Shown here: positions 11,601-24,195 of the stretch, one piece after another | Numbering within the stretch: position 1 is the stretch's first letter | Layout of the letters: each line of letters opens with the position of its first letter | NCBI GenBank assembly: GCA_905250055.1 | Contig: CAJNOF010000004.1 | Location: 4,268,656 to 4,312,908 of the forward strand | From: Rotaria sp. | Taxonomy: Eukaryota | Reading direction: 5' to 3' | Length of the DNA stretch: 44,253 nt | Translations under genes and position numbers: made by a program | The notes under the pieces: model-generated | The model's database searches: none | What the model was told of the DNA's origin: nothing | What the model saw: the letters and a program-made list of their open reading frames with translations, nothing else

Positions 11601-14600
11601 GTTACTGATCTTGAACAATTTGCACAACGTGTTATTGATAATTTATGGACATCATTACAAGAAGAATATAAACCTGAATATGTTCTATTAGATGATAATG
11701 AAATAGAAGATAATCAACATCAACAATATCGTATGTCATTTATGGAACATTTTGTTAGTCGTAATAAAATTCTTCAAGATACAATTAAATCTCTTGGAAA
11801 ATCATCAGTTATTCTTATTACAGGACAACAAGGTTCAGGTAAAACAGCAGCTATTGCAGCTATTGCTAATAATATTTTATCAAAACTGGATTTAAATGCT
11901 AAAGTATATGAACATTATGTTGGTATTACACGTGCATCCTTAAATAGTGTTGCAATGCTTCGTCGTTTACTTTGTCAAATGATAAATGATCATTCCGAAG
12001 TAGCAAAACAATTTCCAATTGATAAAATTCGTTCAAGTTCATATACAGATTTATGTAAAATATTATCAGATTTCTTTCATACGATAAAAGGTCCATTAAA
12101 TATTGTTATTTGTATTGATGGTATTGAATTACTTGATAATGATACATTAGTTCATACATTAAATTTTATTCCAAAAGATTTTAATTTTGAAAAAATAACG
12201 TTTATTATTAGTGCTACAGAAGATAGTAATGTTGAACAAGCATGTAAAAATTTTTCTAATTTATTAACAATTAATATATCAAATCTTGAATTACTTGAAC
12301 GTAGTGAAATTGTTCGTAAACATCTTGATCGTTTTGGTAAAAAATTAGATGAACAAGCATTTTCATCACAAATGAAATTTATTACAAGTAAACGTGATTC
12401 ATTTAAACCATCATATTTAACATTAATATGTGAAGAATTATTATTAATGACAGATTATGAAAAGAAAATAACAGAAAAATTAAAAGCTATTCCACAAAGA
12501 CAATATTTATTTTTACTTGAAATATTTAAACGATTAGATACATTATTTGGTGAAACATATGTTGGTACAATATTTGGTTTAATTTATTCAGTACGACAAG
12601 ATTTAACTGAACAAGAATTACGTGATTTAATTAATATATCATTTAGTTCAACGAAAACATTACCTCCACCAGATAATTATACTTATCCAATAACAACAAC
12701 ACCTTTACAATTAGCTGATTTTATTTATAATTGTCATATTTTATTAAAACCTCAACTTTATGATGGACCACAAACAGTTTCAATAGCATCAAATGAAATT
12801 CGTCAAATAGTTAAAACACGATATATCCATTCAAATGAACAACAAATTAATTTATATAAACTTCTTGCTTTTTATTATTGGTGTGAAGCAACTGGACCAC
12901 AATGGACATCAATGAATATTAAAGCATATGAACATTTACCATATTATTTATATGCTGCTGAAGAATATAAATTATACTATTCATTATTAACTAATCTTAA
13001 ATTTATTGCTGGTAAATGTCGTGTTGGTCTTGTTCAATCATTAATTGATGATTATGAATTAATTAAATCTCTATCAAAAGTTTCAACTCATAAACAAACT
13101 TCTTCAATTATGAAAACAAAATCAATATCATCAACAAATACAAAAGAACAACCAATAAATGAAGTATTTCTTCAACAATATCGTTCATTTATACAACGAA
13201 ATAGTCATATTCTAGTTGTTAATCCATCATTAATTTATCAACAAGCATTAAATGAATTAGAAACAAGTCCTGTTTTTGATAATATACAACAAATACTTTC
13301 TAATCATCAAAAAAATTCATCCAATACAAATGATCAAATAACAGCATTTGTTCGTATTAATAAACCAGATAATATGGAACAAATGAAATATTCAATTGAA
13401 GGTTTTACAGAACCTATTCGATGTTTAGCAATATCACCATCAGGTAAGTTAAAATAAAATAAAAATACGAATATGAAAAAAATAATAATCAATTTTATTT
13501 TATTTTTTAGGTGTTCATCTAGCTGCTGGTTCTGCTGATTGTTTAATTCGTCTATATAATACATCAACATCTCGTTTATTAAAATTATTTGTTGGTCATG
13601 CTGCACCAATATCTGCTCTATGTTTTGTTGGTAATGATCGTTTAGTAAGTGGTAGTAATGATGGTGGTTTATCAGTTTGGGATGTATTAAATGGTCATCG
13701 TTTAAATATACTTTCACCAAAACATGATAAACGAGTTTCAGAATTATGTTCAAATCAACGTGGTACACAATTTGCATCTGTTTCATGGGATTCATTTGTA
13801 CGTATATGGGATATACAAAAAAGTCGACCAGATACAGAAATTCGTTTACATCCTAAACCAGTATCAAGTGTAGCATTTCATCCTGATGGTTTTATGTTAG
13901 TAACTGGTTGTTGGGATAGTATTGTTCGACAATGGAATGTAACAACTGGACAACGTAAATCAGTTATGCGTGGACATTTAAGTTCAATAAAAGCTGTTGC
14001 TTATTCAGCTGATGGTCGTTATATAGCATCATGTTCAATTGATGGTGAATGTCGTTTATGGAATTCATTAACTGGTAGTCAAGTTGGTCTTATATCAGCT
14101 CGTATAAGTTCGATTTATTTTTCACCAAATGGATCAACATTAGCATCAGCTGGTAATGATGGTCGTGTTCGAGTATTTTCATCAACAATAGGTCAATGTC
14201 AAATGATTATAACGAATGAAACATGGGGTTCAGTATCGAGTATTATGATTCATCCTGAAGGAGAATTTATTATAGCTGGATATCATTCAGGTTCTATAAG
14301 AGTATTTGATATACAAAATGGTACTACAGAACAAGAATTTCATTATCATAAAGGTCGTATTAATCGTCTTGGATTTTCATCTTCATCAGGAAATATTTTA
14401 ATATCAGCATCAAATGATCATAATTCTCGTATATATGATTTAAAAGATTTAGGTAAAAGAACTGATATTCGTATTCAAACAGCAATACTTAAAGGTCATA
14501 CAGCAGCTGTTCTATCATGTGCTATGAGTAAAACGAATATGATTGCAACAGGATCTGAAGATGCAACAATTTGTTTTTATGTACTATCAAAATATTTTGA

Positions 14601-16566
14601 ACGTTCATCACATGAACCAAATGAAATTTTAACTGAACATCGTACACCAATTACTGGTTTAACATTTAATAATGAAACACATCAATTAATATCAGCTAGT
14701 CGTGATGGTCAAGTACATATATGGAATATAAATCGATATTCATCAAAAGCTGTTGTAACACTATCAAATACACTTGCTCATTGTCATGCTGATTGGATAA
14801 ATGATATTGCTTTATCAAATACAAATAATGGTTTACTTGTAACTGCATCAAATGATAATACATTAAAAATTTGGAATACAATACCAAAAACAACAAAAAC
14901 TAATGATGATTCTATGGATGTTGTTTCAGCTAATGTTGAAGAAGCACGTGTAACACTTCGTGGTCATCAAGGCTCAGTTAATACAGTTTGTTTTTCATAT
15001 GGATGTGTTGTTTCTGGTTCATTGGATAATACAATTCGAGTATGGTCTCATAAAGGGACTGAAATAACATGTTTACGTGGTCATACAGAAAAAGTAACTT
15101 CATGTGACTTATGGATTAAATTAAAAGGTGTTCCTATAAAATCTGAGACCGATACAGATTCTAAATGGGCAAATATAGTTGAAGAGCAAGAAAAAGAACT
15201 TTCACGTACAACACATACAGTTGATACAATGCTTGTTGTTAGTGCATCAGAGGACGGTTCAATACGTGTATGGCGTCCAACTGATCCTGAACAACGTTGT
15301 GTGTATGATGCACATGCACAACCATTAAATGATATAGTACTAAATAATGAATCAATTGTAACATCATCACTTGATAAAACAGTTCGTTCATGGCAAATTC
15401 CAACAAATATGTTTATAAATAATGATTCAACAACATCAGCAATGACACCTCAAGTTGTTCCACCTGTTAGTCATTTAGATGAAGTTACATCGATTAGTGT
15501 TTCTCGTGATAATTCACTTGTTTTTACTGTTTCACGTGATGCATATCTATTTATTTGGTCATTATTATCATTATCATCAAAAAATGATGATTATGAAATG
15601 GATACAGATATGATAAAAAATAAAATGTCGAAACAACCATTTCGTATCATACAATCAGTTAAAGCACATGATGAAACAATTCTTGGTATGGCTTTAGTCC
15701 GTTCCGATACTCAACATCATATTCTTGTAACTGGTTCTGTTGATAAAAAAATTAAAATTTGGACAATCATAAATAATCAAAATGACGAAAAATGTTCAAT
15801 TAAACGTTTAAGAACGGATACAACAGCAAATGGACCTGTTTCATTTGTTTCTGGTCGATATGATATGCCATATTTTGTTGTTGGTGAAAATCAATCATTT
15901 GATTCACTTACATTCTATCTTTATTCATCAACTTCACTTGACCGTTTAAAAACATATAAAACACAAACATGTCAATGGCCATTATCATCATTAATAACAT
16001 TAAATGAACATCAACATTATATTTTAACAATTGGTTCAACAAGTAATGAATTATGTTCATATGATTTATCATTAATTGATTCAACAGATAGTAAATTATA
16101 TGCATCATATGCATCAACAATCGAATATCGAACATCAATAACATCTGAATGGATAACATCAATAGAAAATTTTGATAATAATAAAGTTTTTTACTTAGGT
16201 ACAACAACAGGAAATATTTATTCAACAACAAATTTATTTAGTGATATAAAAACATGGAATAAAAATCAAATATCATCAAAACAACGATCAATTACAGCAT
16301 TATGTTCAATTAATAATGAACTTATATTTACAAGTGGTTTTGATAATGTCATACGAGTACAATATAGAAATGATCATGCAAAACATATGAATACAAATGA
16401 TGATGATGAACAAGATGAAAAAGTTGATGATATTCTTGGACAGTATCCTGTACCAGCACCAATTACACAAATGCGTACATGGAAACAAAACAATAATGGA
16501 ATATTTGGTGTTGTAGCCGGTGATACATTAGGAAACCTATATTTAGTACAATGGTATTCGTCTTAA
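7836..16566 (+). CDS. TEP1: TEP1 homologue (telomerase-associated protein 1 / vault TEP1), 7 exons, about 2,760 aa. Domain order: Ser/Leu-rich N-terminal repeats, TROVE, DUF4062, NACHT NTPase, long WD40 array. Model: join(7836..8621, 8682..8816, 8888..9597, 9662..9780, 9890..10577, 10646..13443, 13511..16566).
   Basis: All six introns are short (59-108 nt) and GT-AG with matched phases (gtttga, gtaaaa, gtaagt, gtatgt, gtaagt, gtaagt; acceptors ttttgtag, cattttag, tttaacag, ttttcag, ctttttag, ttttttag). The TROVE region is [59 protein letters not shown]...[21 protein letters not shown]4062 is [50 protein letters not shown]...[17 protein letters not shown] Walker A is [20 protein letters not shown] and Walker B is [14 protein letters not shown]. 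More than 15 WD40 units follow (GH..., WD/WN dipeptides, e.g. [45 protein letters not shown]). The TROVE-DUF4062-NACHT-WD40 order is the defining TEP1 architecture (established knowledge). Start ATG at 7836 (agaaaATGg) and stop TAA at 16564-16566. Confidence 0.85.
8682..8816 (+). CDS. TEP1: TEP1 exon 2 (start of TROVE).
   Basis: [45 protein letters not shown]; acceptor ttttgtag; donor gtaaaatt. Confidence 0.7.
8888..9597 (+). CDS. TEP1: TEP1 exon 3 (TROVE).
   Basis: Continuous ORF (8912..9601 in the ORF track) extended 5' to acceptor cattttag|gct; donor ac|gtaagtgac. Confidence 0.8.
9662..9780 (+). CDS. TEP1: TEP1 exon 4.
   Basis: (T)[39 protein letters not shown]; acceptor tttaacag; donor gtatgtat. 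Confidence 0.75.
9890..10577 (+). CDS. TEP1: TEP1 exon 5 (end of TROVE / vWA-like part).
   Basis: [52 protein letters not shown]...[10 protein letters not shown]; acceptor atttttcag; donor at|gtaagtaatg. Confidence 0.8.
10646..13443 (+). CDS. TEP1: TEP1 exon 6 (DUF4062 + NACHT NTPase).
   Basis: 904-aa ORF in track (10743..13457) extended to acceptor ctttttag|tat; Walker A GQQGSGKT; Walker [11 protein letters not shown]; donor cag|gtaagtt. Confidence 0.85.
13511..16566 (+). CDS. TEP1: TEP1 exon 7 (WD40 array, stop TAA at 16564-16566).
   Basis: 890-aa ORF in track (13894..16566) extended 5' to acceptor ttttttag|gtg, in the same frame. Dense WD40 signature: ...GHxxxIxxLxFxxxGxxLxSGSxDxxIxxWD. 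Confidence 0.85.
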
Positions 16567-18533
16567 GTGTGATCATATATATATATATTCTTATACAGTT
16601 TATTATCCGTCTTTTCTTTTTTTTTAGTATACTTAAAAAATTACTTACACTTTTTACTATTGTATCATTATAATATAATTTTATTTTCTAATAAAAATGA
16701 TACAAAAAAAACACATATGCATATATTCTTATGATCTAAATTGCGCGCTATCAAGGTATAGATATTCATAGCAATTAAGAATCTGCCACTGTCTCGATGA
16801 GAAATTCTTCGAAAACATCGTCCGTCAGTCTACGAAACTATCACAATCAGATTGAATCCATCAGATACATCCAGATTTTGACTGTTGCATCTGCAAACAC
16901 TCAAATGTACATTTAGTTTTTTTTTAATTTTGAGGTTTATTTTGTTCTTTGAAACAATTGAAACAATGGGTACTCAATCAGAACATTCATCTATAATATG
17001 TATTAGGTACCAAAAGAAAAGAAAAACAATTTAGTCGTGCAAAATAATATTATTCAAGAATTTGCAAGTACATTGAAATATGTTTTCAGTTCGTTAGGTC
17101 GAATTTTGGAAAAGAAGAAGACCATCCATAAATCCAGATGTTTTGATGATTAGAAGTTTTCATGATATGAAGTATTGTTTTTTTTTGTTCGCTTTATGAT
17201 TGAAAGCAACTGAATTAAGACACATAAAAAACTGATATGAAAGTTTGGATCTTTCAATAGTGCTAAGCAGGACAGGATCAGATCGTCTAAACATCGTGCT
17301 CTGCAACCTTCTTATCTGGTATAATGGTTATAACATTAGTTTCGAAATGATAAAATACTTACTTTTCATAAATAGATATAATAAAAAGTCTTCAAAAGAA
17401 AATTTTTCAATTTCGCCAAATAAATTAATGCTTATGTTTGAACAGATAATCAAGAATTCCAATCACAATTTGAAATGACTAATATCTTCACTAAAAGAAC
17501 TTTTTTTTTCGATTGAATGATTTATCTAGATTAAGAAAATAATTTCATTATTTATATTTAATCGAATCTAGCAATAATAATAATAAATGAAACGAAAATT
17601 TATCAATTCTATGTTTGACTAATTATCCTGTCTCTTTTTTCTCTCACATATAATAATAATAAACAAACACAAAAGATCTTAAAAGTCACTAAGAAAATTA
17701 GTCAGTATGAAATTCTTCAAGTTTACACATATGTGTATATGTATGTGTATAAAAATAAAACAAGAAAGTATTTAGAACATTTAAGAAAATAATACATAAA
17801 CATACATTCATTTATATATGAATAATGATCTTGACATCTTATATTCATGTTTCATCATATATCTGCATTTTATCATAAACATATGTAATCATTGAGAGAA
17901 AAATAGTTTATTTTAACAGTTGAAGACTTCAAGAGAATTCAACAAAATTTCAAAACTTCACCACTCAAGTTCTTCTTGTTGTTTGATCTTTCGTAATAAT
18001 ACATATATTGACAAAATTATTTTCTTCCAATCTAACTTACTACACTAGCAATGGATGAATTTTTACATAATGAATGTTTACAACAATAGATTCTACACAT
18101 TTATATATAAAATTATTCGACATGCTCTCAAAAAATTTACTCTTGAAAGCTTTTGTTGAATAAAAGTATTACGAGGAAAAAAAACTAGCATTATATAACT
18201 AATGCGATCTTAAAAGAGCGTAAATTTCTACTTCCAGCATATGATTTGAAAATAATTGACAATTTGAGATAATATTTTTGAAAGCTATATGATATTACTT
18301 CTAGATCATTTATGATACTCTAGAATGTTTCTCAGCAGTTTTTTCAAAAAAAATCGATTTACTTGTCGTTAACAAAGTGTTCGAATATGAATATATAAAC
18401 GAAGAAATACTCTTGCAGTTGAATACAAATTTTCGAATCAACTTAATGTTTTCGAATCTATCCTTAAACCTTGACGTTCATTTTCCGTAAATGCTTAGAG
18501 AACTATTTTTTAATTAATAAATTTTTATTTTAA

Positions 18534-19111
18534 CCCTTTGGTTACGGATCACACATATACTGTATGTGTATTGAACTTTTCCTTGGACTACTTCTGTTAC
18601 AGTTATGACTTTACTGCTTTAACTAAGTGCACAATAGCATGGCTTTTTATACTCTATATTGTACGACAATTCCTCTACATATCTTTGTTTTGGTCTGTTC
18701 TACGGAAGTCATACTTCATGGCAAAGTCAAAACCTGTCAGTTCTCAAGAGAGAGTGATACAATGCCGAGTGCTACTAAGGAAAAATACTTTATTCATAAA
18801 CTAGAAGACATTTGCTCATGAGGCATAATACAACACTCCTGAGACATCACCTGAAATGCTATCGCAGCAAATACGCTAATTGTAGTACCCTAACACTACC
18901 CTGATTGTACTCTTGTCCATTACAGGCTAATGGTGAAAGGAGAGCTATCTTGTAGAATTCCATCACTTAGTTATATTATAAAAGTGCTCTGGTACTATCA
19001 GAATTGTAACGTCATTATATAGTCTTACCATACATCGACATATCCTATGTGAAGCATTTTTCATAGAAATCGAAAATTTTCTTTTCCTAGAAAAATCCCG
19101 TAACCAAAGGG
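18534..19111. mobile_element. Non-autonomous piggyBac-like MITE, 578 bp. It has 14-15-bp perfect terminal inverted repeats (CCCTTTGGTTACGG ... CCGTAACCAAAGGG) and is flanked by TTAA target-site duplications at 18530-18533 and 19112-19115.
   Basis: TIRs and the TTAA duplication are read directly from the sequence. TTAA insertion with CCC...GGG termini is the piggyBac-superfamily hallmark (established knowledge). There is no intact transposase ORF inside, only short ORFs. Confidence 0.6.
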
Positions 19112-19830
19112 TTAACAGATCAAGCATTTAACGTCTATTTTTCTTCAAAATGTGGATCTCGAAGCCAGCACGTTCAATAGAGCTGGGACTTTGTGCACAG
19201 ATTGAGGATAGACAATTTATACGCTAGAAATTTTCCAGCTTCATGTCTTTTTAGCTAGCGGAAGGTCAATTAATTTCAGTATATGTAATGGTAGGCATTT
19301 GGCATCTATCGTATCTCCAAGTGCATTCAACTACCTTAAGATATAAAGACAATTCTCGTTTTTTTACTTTAAAGAAAACACTTGAGACTTGCAACTGTTG
19401 TTGCCCTTTTTTTGCTTTGCTTCTTTTTCGTACTCGTTTGATTGAGTATTCGATCGAAATCGTGAGGAAAAAATGCGCAATTCTACTTAAATAGCGAACT
19501 TTTGAAGGAAAGTAACAAGTAAGAAAAAGATTTTTTTCTATGTTTAAACCTTTTAAAAAAAAAGGATTACGAGAGTCGTTGGACCGAAGCATGAACTTTC
19601 GGATAAAAAAAAAGATTTAATTTTGTTTCGTATTGGAACAAAAAGCTTCTGGAGACGCATCACCGACCATATGATTCGAAATAAAAATGAAAAACATTTT
19701 CTGCCTTTACTAAAAAAAAGCTGTTAGTGTACTTCCTGTGGGATTAAAATGTGAAACATGATTCATCTACTTATTCAAAATAAAGGACACTATAATGTCT
19801 GTGAGAGTCTGGAATAAGGATCAAATTTGC

Positions 19831-20018
19831 TACCTTTATACTTCAAAATTCGTTTTAGATTGTGTTTCACAAAAATACTGTAATGTTGGTATGGTCTACG
19901 ATAGTCTCTGATTCATGTGTGTGTCACGGTCTGTGTGGGGCGAGGACGAGAGGTTCAGGTCTAGATTTTCTACTTTTTTACTTCAGTATTTCTTCTAGAT
20001 TGTGTTTCACAAAAAGCC
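19831..20018. repeat. Tandem duplication: a roughly 140-bp unit, with copies beginning about 19831 and 19970, sharing 'ctactttt(a/t)tacttca...tagattgtgtttcacaaaaa' and separated by a short GC-richer stretch.
   Basis: The 20-mer tagattgtgtttcacaaaaa occurs at 19856-19875 and 19996-20015, with conserved upstream context. Confidence 0.5.
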
Positions 20019-22782
20019 TGTCTTTTTCAGTAGTGGATGACGGAAATGATCAAAATTTTGGCGCGAAAAAAATCGATGTTGATGTAAAAATTATATTGTT
20101 GTTAAAGTATAGCATGATTGAGACTATAATCATCAGCGTTTATCTGAGTTTTCATTTTTTGGAGATATTGATTTTTTCTGTTGAAGAGGCTTCAGAAAAA
20201 CAATACATGAATGGGATACATACACATAAGAATAATGCGATGCACCTTCGTCTCTAAAAGAAGACTAACATCCTTTCCGTTTCATGTTACAATTGATAGA
20301 AAAATTAAGACACAAGAGTAATAAATTACTCCACTGGACTTTCCAAATTTTGAAGACGATTTCATAGGGCTCCATAAGACGAGAGTCTGTTGTTTCTCTT
20401 CTGGTCTAGTGTCTTTTGAGTCCGATAAAAATATCTTAGGTTCAAAAAAGTATTTTGTATGTTGTAAGTCTGGAACAGGAATACTACTGTGGGGGCGAAT
20501 TGAATTTATCGCCTTCGTATTTTTTTTTGTTTTTATCACTGTAGTCTTTTTATATATTAATTCATTACTATATATAGAGCAAGAAAATCCGAAACGTGCT
20601 GTATCTTTTGGTATATTTATATTGAATATCAAATGCAGTTTAAGGTGTAAAAAACGTACTAGAAAAAAAAGTAACATATTATTTTTACTACAATGTATAT
20701 TGCAAATTCAGTGACGGTATGGATGCAACTGTGAAGGTCAGGATGGATGTGAATGAATGTACGTAAGGGTATGGGCGTATTTGGATGCGAATGTGAGTGT
20801 GGAATGAATATAAAATAATCTCAACCCCAGTCACACATACACCGACACTCATAGGGTGTTGGTGTAAGTGATTGAAGAAGAATAGCTGCAACTACACCCA
20901 CAGATTAAAATAGTCGCTTTAAAATTGTGCAGAATCTTGGAATTCAAACCTGCTTAAGTCCAATATTCAAAATCATACAGTACCATCTGAAAACACGTTT
21001 TTCTCTTCATAATTGACAGTTGAATATGGTATAACACATAAGGAGTATGAAAATTAGTAACAATTATTTAATTTCTTTCAATATATATGTGAATTGTTAT
21101 TGCCGTTACTGTTTTCTCTAACTAAAATGACAATAAGAAAAGCTCTTCAAGATTAAGGGTGATGTCAAGGATTGGTAGCATATGTAACGCATCATATTCT
21201 AATATATTGGAGCATATTCTCTGTATTATTTTGCAATTTTATCTGCTTCATATCAACAAGTATATCAAGCACTTCTTCGGGTAAATATTTCTAGTTTTTT
21301 ATACTAAAAGTACAACATTATATTAAAACACAAAGCAGCATATGAAAATACAAAGTATGCTGTTTGGTACTTAACGAGAGTTGCCTATTTGTATTTTTGT
21401 AAAATTAATTAAACTCTAACGTAAATTACAAATAATTTAATTTGAAAATAATTTTAGTATGTTTTTATTATTAGTTTACTTTATTTTAATTACGAATTCT
21501 GATAATTTAAACTAAAAATAGATTTAAATTACATAATTTTAGTTTATGTTAAAGTTCATATAGCGAAAATTAAAATTAAAATAGACTTCAACTATAATGC
21601 GAAAAAAAATTACTTTTTTTGAAATATAGGTTATTTTTAATTTATTTGTGTACTTAATTTCTTTTCAATATAAAATAGCTTCTCTGAAATACCAGCAATT
21701 AGAGGATCTTTTTTGAAAAAATAAAACTAATTCTAAATTAGTCTCGTTCAACTTTATCTCTCTAATTTTGTATACTATGATAGAAATTTTTTATTTATAC
21801 AAAACTTGGTAAAATTCGAAGTAAAATTGTGTTAAATAGCATCTCAGAATGTTTATTGATATGTAGAAGTTAATCACTTGATCGTACAATTCAATCGGCT
21901 AAATGACAGGTAAGAAACATATTATATGCATGTTTGAATCTAACCTTCATCCTTACATATTTCAATTTAGATTAGTCCGGACCAGACCAGTGTATAAGAC
22001 TACAACTCCTCGTATGCAGCGTCATGGACTCCCACACTTTTTTTTATTTACAAATGTTTTTGGACGGACCTCAAGGATTGTACAACATGCCTAGTCCTTT
22101 TCTCACAAAAGACTAGACGAGACGTGCCGTTATGACAAGAACAGCGACTAGTCTTTTTACCCGTCCTTTGTTCATCTGGGTAAGATGTAAAATATTTAGT
22201 CGTAGTCAATAAAGGAACATCACCTTTCATGATCTCAATGAAGTTTGGACTATTTCCTTTTTAGATAATAGCTTTAACTTTTCACTACATAACTGTATAT
22301 TTCAACCAATTATCTATACATGTATTTGTATCAACAGCATAAATTTACAGAGAAAGATCAAAACTTTTGGATAACCCTTTATTAAGACTGTTACTCATAG
22401 TTATCACTATAATTAATAGCCTAATATCAAATATGTATCTGCACTTTCTCTCTTGCTTTAGATTCCCATTTGTTATATATACATGATCTCAGAGTCGTCT
22501 CATCCATCTAAATTGTATGATAAAAATACATGTCCTTTATAATCTAAGCATATACAAAGGTTGTTATCAGAAAAAATAAACAAATAGCTTAATTCTACTT
22601 GTAACATTTTAAAAATGTTTAGCTCAAATCGATAACTATAAAATGATTTGTATCTTCATCACACTGATAATTTTTAAATATTCTACTATTTTGTCGAGTT
22701 TTTCTTATCAAACACTAATTTCCTTTTTTTTTGCGCAGTAAAGAAAATTTTCTGTTATTTCGATTTAATGTTGTATTTTTAA

Positions 22783-23531
22783 ATGAATAATAATCCTAAT
22801 TCTAATGAAGTACCTGAACAAATAAATCTGTCTAATCGAATAACAACATCAAAAATTCTTGAAAAAAAAGAAGTTCTTATATTACATCAAGTTCCTATTC
22901 AACTTCATACAGCTCAACAAGAAATAAATAATTTACGTCTTTTAAATATTTGTCTTCAATCAACATTAATTCGTGTTCAAACTCAATTAACTGAATATTT
23001 ACCAGTTAATATTCATGATGAAATAAAACGAAATGAAACAAAACAAAAATTAATTTCATTACGTCAAATCGATGATCAAAGTCGACGAATTATTCATCCA
23101 CAACAAATATCTTTTTTTCAAATAATTAATAATTTTAAAAATTTATTAGATATTAAACAAAAACAAGAACCATTTAATAATAAAGATATTCCATTATCGA
23201 AAAATGAAAAACAAATTGATATTTTATATGAAATGTTTCATGAACTTAATACTATAATACATACAGAACATCATGATAGAATTTGTCAACTTTATATTAC
23301 ATTAGCTGAAACATCTCATTCAGTAAATCAAGCACGGGAAAGTAAAATTCTTTTTTTCTTTTCTTTTTTTTTTTTTGAAACTATTTTCTTATAGTTCTAC
23401 ATCATACAATTCATGCACATAAAATCATTACACGACGAAAAATTAAACGAAAAATAATTTTCATATTAATTGCATGTACATTCATTTCAATATTTATATT
23501 TATAATTATTATATCTATTCAAATACATTAA
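22783..23531 (+). CDS. 2-exon gene encoding a tail-anchored coiled-coil protein of about 233 aa, possibly SNARE/syntaxin-like. Model: join(22783..23341, 23395..23531).
   Basis: ORF from ATG 22783 (MNNNPNSNEV...SHSVNQARE). Phase-1 donor A|gtaaaatt at 23342; acceptor ttcttatag at 23394. Exon 2 encodes ILHHTIHAHKIITRRKIKRKIIFILIACTFISIFIFIIIISIQIH*, a basic juxtamembrane stretch plus a single C-terminal TM helix 2 residues from the stop. The preceding heptad region (IDILYEMFHELNTIIHTEHHDRI) loosely resembles a syntaxin SNARE motif ([23 protein letters not shown]). Identity is inferred and not firm. Confidence 0.55.
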
Positions 23532-24195
23532 AATTCTGTCTGTTTTTCATTTCGATACATTTTTATTAATTGTATAATATTCATAATTAGACTAAGAAGA
23601 ATAAAGATAATACCAATAATTACAATAATTATAACACCAGACATCAATTGTTATAATGCGCGCGTTTATTTGAAAACATTCATTATAATGTTACGTTTAT
23701 CTTGCTATAAATGAAACACCTTTACGAATTAAAATAATTCGTGTTTGTGGGTATGGATATATTGGATATTTGACAACTTGAAAAAAAAAAGAAACAATAT
23801 AATAGGTGACCGAAAAGTAACTAGACAAAATATTCATTCATTTTTCAGTGTGTTTAAGAAACCTGCAGAACTTGGAAACTATTCAATTTTGTAGAGAAAC
23901 GGTTTCTATTTCATTCACTATATTTAAAATAATTTTTGCTTCTATTTTCAGTAATTTTTTGGTGCGCTGAAGTTCGCTCAAACTCAATTTATAAATCTCT
24001 ACAAGATTACCTCACATCACTTAAACTATCATTCCTAGAAGAATTTTGAACTCATATTTGAAATATGACATAAAATTCTTATTTTAATCTAATATTTTCG
24101 AATTTCTGCAGATGAAAAATTAACATTCTATCTAGTTACTTTCTGAAGATTCGTTATGCAAGAGGAATTAAATTTTTGAGTTCTACTTACATTTG

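Noticed and set aside
13334-16488. Antisense ORFs inside TEP1 exons (13334..13795-, 14696..14896-, 15908..16231-, 16306..16488-) and 7937..8353-.
   Set aside because: They are low-complexity products of AT-rich antisense strands overlapping a strongly supported sense CDS; no domain-like content.
18380-18460. 'gttcgaat'-type strings resembling tRNA B-boxes.
   Set aside because: No A-box at the right spacing and no cloverleaf-compatible stems, so not a tRNA.
20700-20880. GT-rich degenerate tract (ggatg/gaatg repeats) followed by its loose complement (cacacatacaccgacactca).
   Set aside because: Too degenerate to define a repeat unit or structure.
21960-22230. Cluster of short hairpins (ctagtccttttctcacaaaagactag; gactagtcttttt; ggacggacc/acccgtcc), which might be a MITE.
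   Set aside because: No terminal inverted repeats or target-site duplication could be defined; it was left unannotated.
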